Assembly: GCA_963835575.1 (NCBI GenBank) | Contig: CAWIGG010000002.1 | Coordinates: 608,001-672,000 of the forward strand | Direction of reading: 5' to 3' | Source of the DNA: an uncultured Spirochaetota bacterium | GTDB lineage: Bacteria; Spirochaetota; Brevinematia; Brevinematales; JAOACQ01 | Length of the DNA: 64,000 nt | Shown: positions 51,161 through 61,103 of the stretch, in pieces | Layout: every line of letters begins with the position of its first letter | Numbering within the stretch: position 1 is the stretch's first letter | Position numbers and translations under genes: made by a program | The notes under the pieces: generated by a model | Told to the model about the DNA's origin: nothing | The model's database searches: none | The model's input: the letters and a program-made list of their open reading frames with translations, nothing else

Positions 51161-51254
51161 TATTGCTATTGAATTAATTCAAACCGATTTATAAATATTG
51201 CTATTTCTTTTGATTTTTCTTAAAATAATCCAGATTTTTTTACAAGAGGTGTAT

Positions 51255-52496
51255 ATGAGCGGCAAGCTGATAAAGGTCCCTTCGAAAGGCGAAGTAATTA
51301 AAATAAAAAACAGGGCGCTGTCTGTCCCGGACTATCCCATCATTCCTTATATTGAAGGAGACGGCACGGGCCCGGATATCTGGAAAGCGTCGCAGGTTGT
51401 CTTTAATGAAGCGGTAAAGAAGGCCTATAAAGGAAAGCGGGAAATCGCCTGGATGGAGATATACGCCGGCGAAAAAGCGCAGGCCCTCTACGGCACTTTT
51501 CTTCCCGAAGAGACCCTGGCTGCTGTCAAGGATTATATGATCTCCATCAAAGGGCCGCTGACGACGCCTGTCGGCGGGGGTATCCGAAGTCTGAATGTGT
51601 CGCTCCGCCAGCTTCTGGACCTGTACGCGTGCATACGGCCAGTCAGGTATTATACAGGCACCCCATCGCCGGTTAAAAGGCCGGAAAATGTAGATATGAT
51701 CATCTTCAGGGAAAACACCGAGGACGTTTACAGCGGCGTTGAATGGCCCAAAGGCTCGGTTGAGGCGAGGCAGGTGATAGATTTTCTCAGGAACACAATG
51801 AAGAAAAATATCCGGGAGGATTCCGGGATCGGCATCAAGCCCATCAGCGAGTTCGGGTCCAAGCGCATAGCCAGGAAAGCGCTTCAGTACGCCGTTGATA
51901 ATAATAGAAGGAGCGTGACGATAGTCCACAAGGGCAATATTATGAAATATACTGAGGGCGCGTTCAAAAACTGGGCTTATGAAACGGCCGTGAGCGAATT
52001 CCGCGACAGGATCATCCTGGAATCGGAGATCACCGACAGTAAAATGGCTGAAGGGAAAGTCATCGTTAAGGACAGGATCGCGGACAGCATGTTCCAGCAG
52101 GTGTTGATCAAGCCTGAAGAATATGATGTGATCGTGACGACGAATTTGAACGGCGACTACCTTTCCGACGCCATCGCGGCGCAGGTCGGCGGCCTGGGCA
52201 TAGCGCCCGGCTCCAACATCGGCGACTATTACGCCGTTTTCGAGGCGACGCATGGGACGGCGCCGAAATACGCCAATCAGGACAAGGTCAATCCCGGCTC
52301 TCTCATCCTTTCAGGCGTGATGATGCTGGAGTATATGGGCTGGAAGGAAGCCGGCGAGCTCATTAAAAATGCCCTTGAAAAGACTATCAAGAGCAAGGTC
52401 GTGACATATGATCTGGCCCGTCAGATCGAAGGGGCGAGAGAAGTGAAATCCAGCGAATTTGCCCGCGAGATCTGCAATAATATGGAAAGCAAATAA
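51255..52496 (+). CDS. icd: NADP-dependent isocitrate dehydrogenase
   Basis: [61 protein letters not shown]; start ATG 51255. Confidence 0.97.
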   Translation: MSGKLIKVPSKGEVIKIKNRALSVPDYPIIPYIEGDGTGPDIWKASQVVFNEAVKKAYKGKREIAWMEIYAGEKAQALYGTFLPEETLAAVKDYMISIKGPLTTPVGGGIRSLNVSLRQLLDLYACIRPVRYYTGTPSPVKRPENVDMIIFRENTEDVYSGVEWPKGSVEARQVIDFLRNTMKKNIREDSGIGIKPISEFGSKRIARKALQYAVDNNRRSVTIVHKGNIMKYTEGAFKNWAYETAVSEFRDRIILESEITDSKMAEGKVIVKDRIADSMFQQVLIKPEEYDVIVTTNLNGDYLSDAIAAQVGGLGIAPGSNIGDYYAVFEATHGTAPKYANQDKVNPGSLILSGVMMLEYMGWKEAGELIKNALEKTIKSKVVTYDLARQIEGAREVKSSEFAREICNNMESK

Positions 52497-52568
52497 CCTC
52501 CATAAAAAAGATATAATTTAGGTAAGGCATGTCTTGAAATAATATCAAAGCGGTATTAGAATTTTAGA

Positions 52569-53975
52569 ATGATTGGAAGTTTATTCCTTAATCAGGAATT
52601 CAGGATATTACCCTATCAATACTGGCAAAAGGATTCTTATCCTCAGAAGGCTTATCATCTGCGTATTTTCTGCAAACAGGAATCCATCGATGATAATGCA
52701 GTATTAGTATTACAGGATACCGGCGGGTTGAAAGAAACCGTATTGACGCGGATTATATCTTCAAAAATAGAAAATTATAAAATACTTTCCCTGATCAGCG
52801 GCAAAAAAGTCTTTTTACAGTTAAAGCAAACGGCCGCGCCTGAACCTGTTTCTCCACAGCGGAAGTTCCTTGCCGTTCCGTTTGAATATAAGATAAGCGA
52901 TGGGATAATAAACGGCAGTATCATTCTTTCGGAATCCAATATTAAAAATCTCTACCGGATTCTGGACCATCCGATCGATGATCTGGAAGATTTTATTGAG
53001 GAAAGATATGTCGGGATCCTGGAAAAGGTATTGTACCAGAAGCTATCAAAGCCGCCGGAGAATTTTTCGCAGTCCGTTCTCCTGCTTCCCGACAGGGACC
53101 TTCAGCTTCTGCTAAACCATATCCTTCATAAAAACATCGCTTCGGTTGACATGCTCGCTTCCTATATATACGGGCTGGGGGATGACGGCAAAAAGATCGC
53201 CGATAACCTTTCAAGATCCGTAAAAAATGAGGTAATGGAAAAGGTAAAGCTGGCGCGCCTTAAATCCACTTACCGGTGGGCGGAAGAAGTTAAATATATC
53301 ATTCACCGAAATCTTTTTGTCGCCGCGAGGGAGCTGGATATTTCCATCAGGGGAATGGAAACGCTGGATTTTATGTGGAGGAGTTTCGAGATAAGCGCGG
53401 TAAAGAATCTGCTTCAGAAAAAAAAGGTGGAAGATTGGATTTTTGAATTTGATAAAAACAATCAGATAAAAGAAATCATGGCCGGTATCAAGAGAAAGAT
53501 ATTGACGGAAGCGCTCACTTTTGCGGACATGAATAAAATCGAAAGCGTATTTAAAAAACACATCTCGCAGAACGGCGTCGATCTGCTTAAGGAAGACATT
53601 CAATATTCAAGGAAACTGCCCCTTGATAAGCGTTATCTCTCCCTTTCGCTTTTTTATAAAGGGGTTAAGGAAATCACCTATGCTCCGGTTGTTAAACAAA
53701 TGGATTTCGAAGAGGAAGTCAAAAAAAGGATCTCTGACGGGGGGGCGATCGATCTGATAGTGGATGAAATCGGCTTCGCGAAGCTGGTCTACGCCTTAAA
53801 AAACATGCCGCATGACTGGGTCAGTTCCGTCCTTCAGGGCGTTCTTTTGAATATTTATGAGGATGTCCTCTTAAATAAAATAAAAATAAAGCGGTATGAT
53901 GATTACCGGATCGAGGAAAGCCGCCGGGAATTCCTAAAAGCCCTGCTGATCCTCTGCGATGAAGAGAAGATATGA
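52569..53975 (+). CDS. Hypothetical protein with FliG C-terminal-like repeats
   Basis: LPDRDLQLLL...LASY...IADNLSRSVKNEV and LTEAL...VFKKHISQNGVDLLKEDI resemble FliG armadillo segments. Confidence 0.5.
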   Translation: MIGSLFLNQEFRILPYQYWQKDSYPQKAYHLRIFCKQESIDDNAVLVLQDTGGLKETVLTRIISSKIENYKILSLISGKKVFLQLKQTAAPEPVSPQRKFLAVPFEYKISDGIINGSIILSESNIKNLYRILDHPIDDLEDFIEERYVGILEKVLYQKLSKPPENFSQSVLLLPDRDLQLLLNHILHKNIASVDMLASYIYGLGDDGKKIADNLSRSVKNEVMEKVKLARLKSTYRWAEEVKYIIHRNLFVAARELDISIRGMETLDFMWRSFEISAVKNLLQKKKVEDWIFEFDKNNQIKEIMAGIKRKILTEALTFADMNKIESVFKKHISQNGVDLLKEDIQYSRKLPLDKRYLSLSLFYKGVKEITYAPVVKQMDFEEEVKKRISDGGAIDLIVDEIGFAKLVYALKNMPHDWVSSVLQGVLLNIYEDVLLNKIKIKRYDDYRIEESRREFLKALLILCDEEKI

Positions 53976-53982
53976 AAAATAC

Positions 53983-54011
53983 TTGACGTTATTGGTTTTT
54001 TTAGTTAAATT
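53983..54011 (+). promoter_or_regulatory. Sigma70-type promoter candidate for groES
   Basis: TTGACG-N17-TAAATT. Confidence 0.55.
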
Positions 54012-54045
54012 ATTACTTAATATAAAATAATAATCGGAGGACATA

Positions 54046-54333
54046 ATGAAAGTTAAACCTTTAGGTAACAGAGTTTTGATCAAAGTGAAGGAAACAGAAG
54101 AGAAAACAAAGGGAGGAATTTTTATTCCCCAGACAGCCCAGGAAAAAACGCAGACCGGCGTCATCGAAGCTGTAGGCCCGGGTAAAAAGAACAACAAGGG
54201 CGAGTTGATCCCTCTTGAAGTTAAACCGAAAGACGAAATTATTTTTGATAAGTACGCCGGCACTCAGATTAAGATCGACACTGCCGATTTTCTGATTTTA
54301 TCAGCGGATGATATCCTGGCGATAATTTCTTAA
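54046..54333 (+). CDS. groES: Co-chaperonin GroES
   Basis: KPLGNRVLIK, EEKTKGGIFIP, G...AVGPG, FDKYAG, DILAII. Confidence 0.97.
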   Translation: MKVKPLGNRVLIKVKETEEKTKGGIFIPQTAQEKTQTGVIEAVGPGKKNNKGELIPLEVKPKDEIIFDKYAGTQIKIDTADFLILSADDILAIIS

Positions 54334-54354
54334 GTTAAGAATAATTTTAATATT

Positions 54355-54422
54355 CCCGTCCCTCACCATTTTGTCAGGTTACACCGGAGAAGCCGACAAA
54401 ATGGTGAGGGACGGGTTTTTTT
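54355..54422. terminator. Long stem-loop terminator after groES
   Basis: cccgtccctcaccattttgtc ... gacaaaatggtgagggacggg plus T-tract. Confidence 0.8.
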
Positions 54423-56157
54423 ATTTACTGAACAGACCGGTTATAAAATAAATCCCGTATGTGATCTGAAGGATAACCAGATAAGCGAAGCTTATGACGC
54501 CTTTCTTAAAACCGGAAAAAAGGATCCTGGTAAAAAGCATTAATAAATAACAGGACAATACAGGAACGGCGAAAAGAATGTTTTTTAATAAGACCGCGCT
54601 GATGACGGACGCCGGGATCAAAAGCAGAATAAAAAGGGAAAGGATATAAAATCCATCCTTCAGGCTGAGTCTGTTGGATTGACTGTGCTCCCTGTACTGG
54701 CGCGCCCTCAAGAGGGCGTTTTTTATGATCAGGCCGAATAATTCCTTATTATTCTGGGGAAATTTTCTGTACAGCATAATATCCGGGCTGTATGATATCT
54801 TTTTTGAGCGCTTTTTTATCTGTCTGCAGAGCAGGTATTCCAGCTTTAAATGATTTTTGATTGACAGGTCTTTTATATCAACATATTCCTTTTTTATAAA
54901 AAGGCCGTTCAGCTGGAGTTCATTGACTTCCTTGTAATTGAGGGGTTTATAACGGTAGTTCAGATTGAGGTTCAGAAAATAGCTGGATAATACCGAGTAT
55001 GAAAGTAATTCAAACGAAGAAGGCCTGTTCCGCAGGACAACATATCCTCCCGTCGCGCCGATATGGGGCAGGGACAGGATCCTTCCGGAGGAAAATAAAA
55101 AACGCTCGTCCGGATAACAGTCCAGCGCGGATAAAACAATGATATCACCTTTAATCATCCGCTCTTTCAGGATTTTTATCATCCTGAGGCTGAAGCTCTC
55201 CTCACCGGTACGGCAGAATTTAATCCTCGGGTCTCTTATGCCGGGGGCTTTTTTACCCGCGTAAATAATTTCATAATCATTATACTGGATCTTCAGAAAA
55301 TGCCTGAGAGATTCTTTTTCATATCTGTCATAATTCTGGGGGAAAAGAATGATCGAATAAAAGAATTGTTTATTCTGCCCCATCGGCCTGTTATAAAACC
55401 GCAGGATTTTATCGCGGAAAAAAACGGCAAGAGTATCTATAAAAGTTTTAATGATCATATTGAGTTTTATGTTGCCGAAGCTGCCGCGGGTGTATTTCAG
55501 TTCTATCGGCGCCGGCGCGATCTTTTTATGATTCTTATGCAGAACAATGAGAAGCTCAATATCAAAGGCGAAATGCTTGACTAAAACTTTCGGCAGCGAC
55601 ATTTCGAGGGCTTCCCGTTTGAAAAGCTTGATGCCAGTTTGAGAGTCCATGACCGGCAGGCCGAAAAGAAGTTTGATAACCGAATAATAGACCAGGCTCA
55701 TGATCCTTCTTTTGAGCGGGTATGTCAGTATCGAATCATGGTGAAGCTTGCTTCCGATGACGGCGTCGGCTTTTTCCGCGATCATAACGCGGAAGAAATT
55801 GGGGATATGATAGGGAGATAATTCCAGGTCGGAATCGAGAAACATGATATAATCGCCGGTGGAAAACTCATAGCCGGTTTTCAATGCCCAGCCTTTTCCG
55901 AAATTATGATAATTCCGGACTATTTTAACCCGGGGATGTCCGGAAAATTCTTTTTTAAGGATTTTATAAGAATTGTCCCTGGATCCGTCGTCAATGAGGA
56001 TTATTTCATAATTGAAATTGAGCTCTTTTAAAACACGGATGACTTCATGGGTGTTCCGGACAATGATCTTTTCTTCATTCAGGAAGGGCATCAGAATTGA
56101 AAGCTTTTTATTTTTTCTTATTTTTTCAGATACCGGTAATTTTTCCAAAGGGTGCAT
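54421..56157 (-). CDS. GT2 glycosyltransferase (DPM-synthase-like domain + degenerate second GT-A domain + TM tail)
   Basis: ILMPFLNEE, IDDGSRD, NFGKG, FLDSD, DSQTGIKLF, FAFDIEL. Confidence 0.88.
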   Translation of the reverse strand: MHPLEKLPVSEKIRKNKKLSILMPFLNEEKIIVRNTHEVIRVLKELNFNYEIILIDDGSRDNSYKILKKEFSGHPRVKIVRNYHNFGKGWALKTGYEFSTGDYIMFLDSDLELSPYHIPNFFRVMIAEKADAVIGSKLHHDSILTYPLKRRIMSLVYYSVIKLLFGLPVMDSQTGIKLFKREALEMSLPKVLVKHFAFDIELLIVLHKNHKKIAPAPIELKYTRGSFGNIKLNMIIKTFIDTLAVFFRDKILRFYNRPMGQNKQFFYSIILFPQNYDRYEKESLRHFLKIQYNDYEIIYAGKKAPGIRDPRIKFCRTGEESFSLRMIKILKERMIKGDIIVLSALDCYPDERFLFSSGRILSLPHIGATGGYVVLRNRPSSFELLSYSVLSSYFLNLNLNYRYKPLNYKEVNELQLNGLFIKKEYVDIKDLSIKNHLKLEYLLCRQIKKRSKKISYSPDIMLYRKFPQNNKELFGLIIKNALLRARQYREHSQSNRLSLKDGFYILSLFILLLIPASVISAVLLKNILFAVPVLSCYLLMLFTRILFSGFKKGVISFAYLVILQITYGIYFITGLFSK

Positions 56158-56174
56158 GAGTTTTTCCCCTGTGA

Positions 56175-56204
56175 TAAAGGCGGCGAATCAAATCGCCGCC
56201 TTTA
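56175..56204 (-). terminator. Stem-loop after leuB
   Basis: taaaggcggcga-atcaaa-tcgccgccttta. Confidence 0.65.
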
Positions 56205-56223
56205 TATTTTAATAACTATTTTT

Positions 56224-57294
56224 TTATATCGCTCCGGCCACCAGGTCCCCGACCTCTTCCGTTGTGTAGCCCATTTTGCCGGCCGACTGGCTTTTCATTT
56301 TGGTGCACGCGTAAGCGACGCCTTTTGCGATGGCTTTGGCCGCATTGTCTTCTCCGAGTTCGTCCAGCATCATCCGTCCCGCCTCAATGGCCGCGAGAGG
56401 GTTGATTTTATGGAGGCCTGTGTACTTGGGCGCTGAGCCGCCGATGGGCTCGAACATGGAAACGCCTTCGGGATTGATGTTCCCGCCGGCCGCTATTCCC
56501 ATCCCGCCCTGGATCATGGCGCCGAGGTCGGTGATGATGTCGCCGAAGAGGTTTTCAGTGACCGCGACATCGAACCACTCGGGGTTTTTGACAAACCACA
56601 TTGTTGTCGCGTCGACATGGGCGTAATCGCGCTTGAGGGACGGGTATTGCGAGGCGCCCATCTCCTCAAAAGCCCTGAACCAGAGGTCGCCGCAGTATGT
56701 CAGGACGTTCCTTTTATGGACAAGATGGATCGGCTTTTCCGCGTAGACTTTATTTTCCTGGTTTCTTTTTTTCTTCAGTTCAAAGGCGAATTTCAGACAG
56801 CGGTCGACGGTCCTTCTGTCGTAAACCATCAATTGAGAGGCGATCTCGTCCTGCGTGCCTTCGCGCGTCACGCCGCCGTGGCCGGTGTATATGCCGCCTG
56901 AGTTTTCCCTGACGACGATAAAGTCGATATCCGCAGGGCCTTTATCCTTGATCGGAGTTTCGACATTGGGGTAAAGCTTGACCGGCCTGAGGTTGATGTA
57001 CTGGTCCAGGTCAAACCGGATGCGGAGGAGAAGACCCTTCTCTAAAATTCCGGGCTTGACGTCTGGATGCCCGATGGCGCCGAGGTAGATGGCGTCGTAT
57101 TTTTTTAATTCCTCTATTTCCTGTTTATCGATGATCTTCCCTGTTTTGAGATAGCGTTCGCCGCCGAAATCATAAAAATGATAATCCAGCTTAAGCTTGA
57201 ATTTATCCGCGGCGCTTTTTAAAACCTTGATGCCTTCGGCGATGACTTCAGGGCCTGTCCCGTCCCCGCCGATCACGGCGATATTGTAAGCCAT
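56224..57294 (-). CDS. leuB: 3-isopropylmalate dehydrogenase
   Basis: GDGTGPEV, LGAIG, LLLRIRFDLDQYINLRP, VRENS, NLFGDIITD, FEPIGGSAP. Confidence 0.9.
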   Translation of the reverse strand: MAYNIAVIGGDGTGPEVIAEGIKVLKSAADKFKLKLDYHFYDFGGERYLKTGKIIDKQEIEELKKYDAIYLGAIGHPDVKPGILEKGLLLRIRFDLDQYINLRPVKLYPNVETPIKDKGPADIDFIVVRENSGGIYTGHGGVTREGTQDEIASQLMVYDRRTVDRCLKFAFELKKKRNQENKVYAEKPIHLVHKRNVLTYCGDLWFRAFEEMGASQYPSLKRDYAHVDATTMWFVKNPEWFDVAVTENLFGDIITDLGAMIQGGMGIAAGGNINPEGVSMFEPIGGSAPKYTGLHKINPLAAIEAGRMMLDELGEDNAAKAIAKGVAYACTKMKSQSAGKMGYTTEEVGDLVAGAI

Positions 57295-57427
57295 ATTTCC
57301 TCCTTATTATAGACGCGGCTTTATTAATCGTTATATTATTATAACAGGCATAAATTCTAAAGGACGATTGAAAAAAAATAAAATTTTCTTTTGGAAGGAA
57401 TTTGATCGGGTAACGGTTGGAGTCTAA

Positions 57428-57513
57428 TCAGCCACAGAATTTCACGGAAATTCACTGAAAGGGGATGATGGACTATTTTTATTCTGTGTTAATCTGTGTA
57501 ATTCAGTGGCTGA
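57428..57513. repeat. Inverted-arm periodic repeat element
   Basis: tcagccacagaatttcacggaaattcactgaa / ttctgtgttaatctgtgtaattcagtggctga; same family as 6133-6255. Confidence 0.8.
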
Positions 57514-57756
57514 AATTTTTAAGGCGCTTTCCTTTTTTTTAACCCAAAAATAATTCTCAGCATCTTTTATTTTTCCTATAGCTTGTCCCTCGGCGGGTAC
57601 TTCGTGTCTTCCCTACTTTCTGTTAAACCTCACCCTTATTCGCGTGAATTCGCGGATTACCCGTTCTTTTATCTCCAATTGACTTTTTCATCGTTTCCGT
57701 TTAATATTTATACCTCATTTTTCTTTGAAAAATAATTCGTCTAAAGGAGTTTTCCA

Positions 57757-58134
57757 TTGAAAATTGATTTTGAAAAAGGGGATGGTCTTGTCCCCGTCAT
57801 CACGCAGGACGTTAAAACGGGCGAAGTTCTGATGCTGGCTTATGCCAACAGGGAAGCCTTCGAATATACAATAAAAACCGGCAAGGCAACATACTGGTCG
57901 CGCTCGCGGAACAAGCTCTGGTGCAAGGGCGAGGAATCGGGGAATTACCAGGAGATCGTCGAAATTCTGATCGACTGCGATGAGGACACGCTCCTGTATA
58001 AAGTGAACCAGAAAGGCGGCGCCGCGTGCCACGAGGGTTATGAAAGCTGTTTTTTCAGGACCCTCCAAAAGGGCGAGTGGGTGAATAACGGCAAAGTCAG
58101 GGTATTTGACCCGAAAACGGTTTATAAAAAATAA
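57757..58134 (+). CDS. hisI: Phosphoribosyl-AMP cyclohydrolase
   Basis: [42 protein letters not shown]. Confidence 0.96.
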   Translation: MKIDFEKGDGLVPVITQDVKTGEVLMLAYANREAFEYTIKTGKATYWSRSRNKLWCKGEESGNYQEIVEILIDCDEDTLLYKVNQKGGAACHEGYESCFFRTLQKGEWVNNGKVRVFDPKTVYKK

Positions 58135-58146
58135 TAAGGATTGTTT

Positions 58147-59025
58147 ATGAGTAATAAAGTATTGAAGCTTGGTATCCCGAAGGGAAGTCTGGAGGAAGCG
58201 ACGCTCGCGATGTTCAAGAAGGCGGGCTACAACATCAACCTCAGTTCGCGCTCGTACTACCCATGGGTGGACGACGAGGAGCTTTCTCTACTGATGATCC
58301 GGGCGCAGGAAATGGCCCGCTATGTCGAGGAAGGCGTCCTTGACGCCGGCATCACCGGCAGGGACTGGGTCGAGGAAAACCATGCCGATGTCACGGCCGT
58401 TTCGACATTGAATTACTCCAAGTCGAGCAGGAAGCCCGTGCGCTGGGTGCTGGCCGTGCCGCAGGATTCCGGCTTAAAGTCCGTCAAGGACCTTGAAGGA
58501 AAGCGCATCGCTACGGAAGCCGTCGAGATGACGAAAAAGTACCTCGCTAAGAACGGCGTCAAGGCGCTGGTGGAATTCAGCTGGGGCGCGACGGAAGTGA
58601 AATGCCCGACGCTGGCGGACGCCATCGTGGAGATCACGGAAACGGGCTCGAGCCTCCGCGCGAATAACCTCGTCATCATCGACGAAGTGATGGTTTCGAC
58701 CACACAGCTCATTGTCAATAAGAATTCATGGAAAGACGCCTGGAAAAAGGATAAAATAGAAAAGATCAACCTGCTCCTGCAGGCCGTCCTTTCGGCGGAA
58801 AGCAAAGTCGGGCTGATGCTGAACGTGTCGAAGAAAAACCTTGACGCCGTTCTGAAGATCCTGCCGGCGCTCCAGAAGCCGACGGTAAGCCCCCTCACGG
58901 ACAACGAATGGGTGGCGCTCAACACGATCATCGACGAGAAGATCGTACGGGACATCGTGCCTGAGCTGAAGAGGCTCGGCGCATCGGGGATTGTCGAGTA
59001 TCCTTTGAATAAAATTATAGACTAA
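58147..59025 (+). CDS. hisG: ATP phosphoribosyltransferase (long form)
   Basis: [35 protein letters not shown]-terminal regulatory domain. Confidence 0.96.
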   Translation: MSNKVLKLGIPKGSLEEATLAMFKKAGYNINLSSRSYYPWVDDEELSLLMIRAQEMARYVEEGVLDAGITGRDWVEENHADVTAVSTLNYSKSSRKPVRWVLAVPQDSGLKSVKDLEGKRIATEAVEMTKKYLAKNGVKALVEFSWGATEVKCPTLADAIVEITETGSSLRANNLVIIDEVMVSTTQLIVNKNSWKDAWKKDKIEKINLLLQAVLSAESKVGLMLNVSKKNLDAVLKILPALQKPTVSPLTDNEWVALNTIIDEKIVRDIVPELKRLGASGIVEYPLNKIID

Positions 59026-59044
59026 TATAAACCATTCTTTATTG

Positions 59045-59582
59045 TAATATCCGATTGTTCACGCGGATTACACTGATGACACGGATTTTCGCAGATACAC
59101 GGATTAAATTCACGCAAAGGCGCAAAGATCGCAAAGAATCAGATTATATACGTCTCCCCAAATATTTTAACCGCCCAAGACACCAAGGACACTAAGATTC
59201 ACCAACTTTGGGTTTTATTGTTAATGTCTTTTATTTCTTCTTTAGCCTTTGTGTTCTTCAATTCTTTTATTTAAATCCCGGGTAATTCCAGTATAATAAC
59301 TGCCGTCACAGCATTCAAGAATATACATATATGACATAAAATCCCCCTTCCCCCCGTTCTCCGCGTCCTCAGCGTCTCAGCGGCAAATAAACACTTCTAC
59401 TAACCAACTATCTTTTATAATAAATAAATCCTCATAAATCTGTCTTAATCTGTGAAAATCAGTGTGAACAATCGGATATTATGAAAAAGAATCCTTTTAT
59501 AAAATCCTTAATCGTATAAAAGCTTCAGTATTAAATTACCGTTATCCCCATTCTTTGTGTTTTTGCCCCTGCGCCTCCGTGA
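59045..59582. repeat. Cluster of nested periodic inverted-arm repeats
   Basis: Perfect 18-bp IR taatatccgattgttcac (59045-59062) / gtgaacaatcggatatta (59464-59481) enclosing cacgcaaaggcgcaaagatcgcaaag, caagacaccaaggacactaag and ctccgcgtcctcagcgtctcagcgg arms. Confidence 0.75.
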
Positions 59583-59586
59583 TGAT

Positions 59587-60489
59587 TCATTTCCTTAACC
59601 TCACAAACCCCGCCCTCACACGGCCGCGGTATCTTCCACTCCTCACGATCCCCGGAATAAAATACACTTCTTCCGATTTTAGTTTTTTAGAGTCTTCTTT
59701 AATAAACAATTTATTCAGCAGCCAGTAGAAGAGGAAGAAATAGACAAACGGCATGATCACAAATAATAGAATAACGGTGATGAAATAATTGATCGCCAGT
59801 TCCAGCAGCTTCAGGATGGACTCGCCGACAAACGTCTGGGCTTTGGTGAAGGCCTCAACGATAAAATTCTTTACTTTATTGAAAGTCTTGATCAGGAACT
59901 CGGCGATGATTGTCAGGAAACTTTTCTGCTTGATATCCTGGTCGGTTTTGACAGGCGCCGGATTCTGCGCGTTTTTATCGCTGGATTTTTGATTGACAGG
60001 TTCCTTCTGAATATTTTCGATATGCGCCTTGATGAGGGTCCCATTTTCAAGCTGGGCGGCCTGTGTAAAATAATTCGTGATATGGACGGACAGGGACAAT
60101 CCCGGATTGATGAAGAGGAGGAGGATCAAAAGCTTGACCGCCCATTTTTTTGTCTTTTCAAAAAGGGTCAAAGCCCATGTGCCGACAAGAAGAAGCTTTA
60201 TTAATAAAAGCTGACTGATCTTCAGAAGGATAAGCTGAAATAGGAGAACGCCGTTGATGATCACGAAAAAGTTGAATATTTTATCGACGATCTCGGCGGA
60301 ACCTTTGAGCAGGGGCACACCGCCTATCAGGATTTTAAGTCCTGTTACAAGCGAGAGGTTTGTTAAAGCGAGCGTTGATGAATTGCTGAGAAAGAGAAGC
60401 GCGCCCTGGTAAAAGACATCAAAGAGAGCAAAAAGGACTAAAATAAGACAGACCACGGACTGCCAGTTTTTTAAAAGAAACTTCTTCAT
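59587..60489 (-). CDS. Hypothetical membrane protein
   Basis: Multiple hydrophobic helices; GGAG RBS. Confidence 0.7.
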   Translation of the reverse strand: MKKFLLKNWQSVVCLILVLFALFDVFYQGALLFLSNSSTLALTNLSLVTGLKILIGGVPLLKGSAEIVDKIFNFFVIINGVLLFQLILLKISQLLLIKLLLVGTWALTLFEKTKKWAVKLLILLLFINPGLSLSVHITNYFTQAAQLENGTLIKAHIENIQKEPVNQKSSDKNAQNPAPVKTDQDIKQKSFLTIIAEFLIKTFNKVKNFIVEAFTKAQTFVGESILKLLELAINYFITVILLFVIMPFVYFFLFYWLLNKLFIKEDSKKLKSEEVYFIPGIVRSGRYRGRVRAGFVRLRK

Positions 60490-60904
60490 AATTATACTCC
60501 ATCATAATTAATCATTCCTATTTATCGGAAAAACTCCTATATTTAAACACCAAGACTCCAAAATCACCAAGAATCACCAAGGAAATTTAATCCATTTCAT
60601 TGCTCATCTTGACAGTCACTTGCTTAATCCTGTTTGTGTATCTTTGTGTTCTTGACATCTTGATGCTTCAATACATTATTATAAAATGTCGAAAGCCTAA
60701 TAATAGGGAAGTGTAAATTAATCAGACACCTTAAATACATCCTGTTCTCTGTGCTCTCCTTTTTCTCAGTAATCTCTGTGTTTTTCAATAAAAGGATAAG
60801 TATTATTATCATTATGATGACCATTTCCCGGTTCTTCGTGCCTTCCCGTCTTGTAAGCTATATTTTGGAGAAAAAGTTTACAAAAAATAATTCTTCAGTA
60901 GAAT

Positions 60905-61077
60905 ACCTCCTTGTGGAAGTTGTTGCTCACTACCCGCCTGCCTTCTGGTTTGAAACCAAGGCACACAGGAAGATTGCCAACTCCACAAGGACCGTTTTGG
61001 TCTCTTAAAACAATTGCCAGGATATTCCCTTGAATAATCCTGTCGCTCATTACAAGGGTGCCGAAATGGAACGGTCT
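60905..61077 (+). ncRNA. Bridge RNA (target-binding loop + donor-binding loop)
   Basis: Two stem-internal-loop-hairpin modules whose loop segments match the target flanks and element ends (detailed in findings); 5' and 3' limits approximate. Confidence 0.85.
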
Positions 61078-61103
61078 GATATTTTAATCTGCTGGAGGAA
61101 AAA

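Noticed and set aside
51240..52253. 337-aa antisense ORF
   Set aside because: Lies entirely opposite icd; a shadow ORF from codon bias with no recognisable motifs
59045..59582. Possible CRISPR array
   Set aside because: Units are 8-10 nt, imperfect and inverted, with no constant repeat/unique spacer pattern and no cas genes
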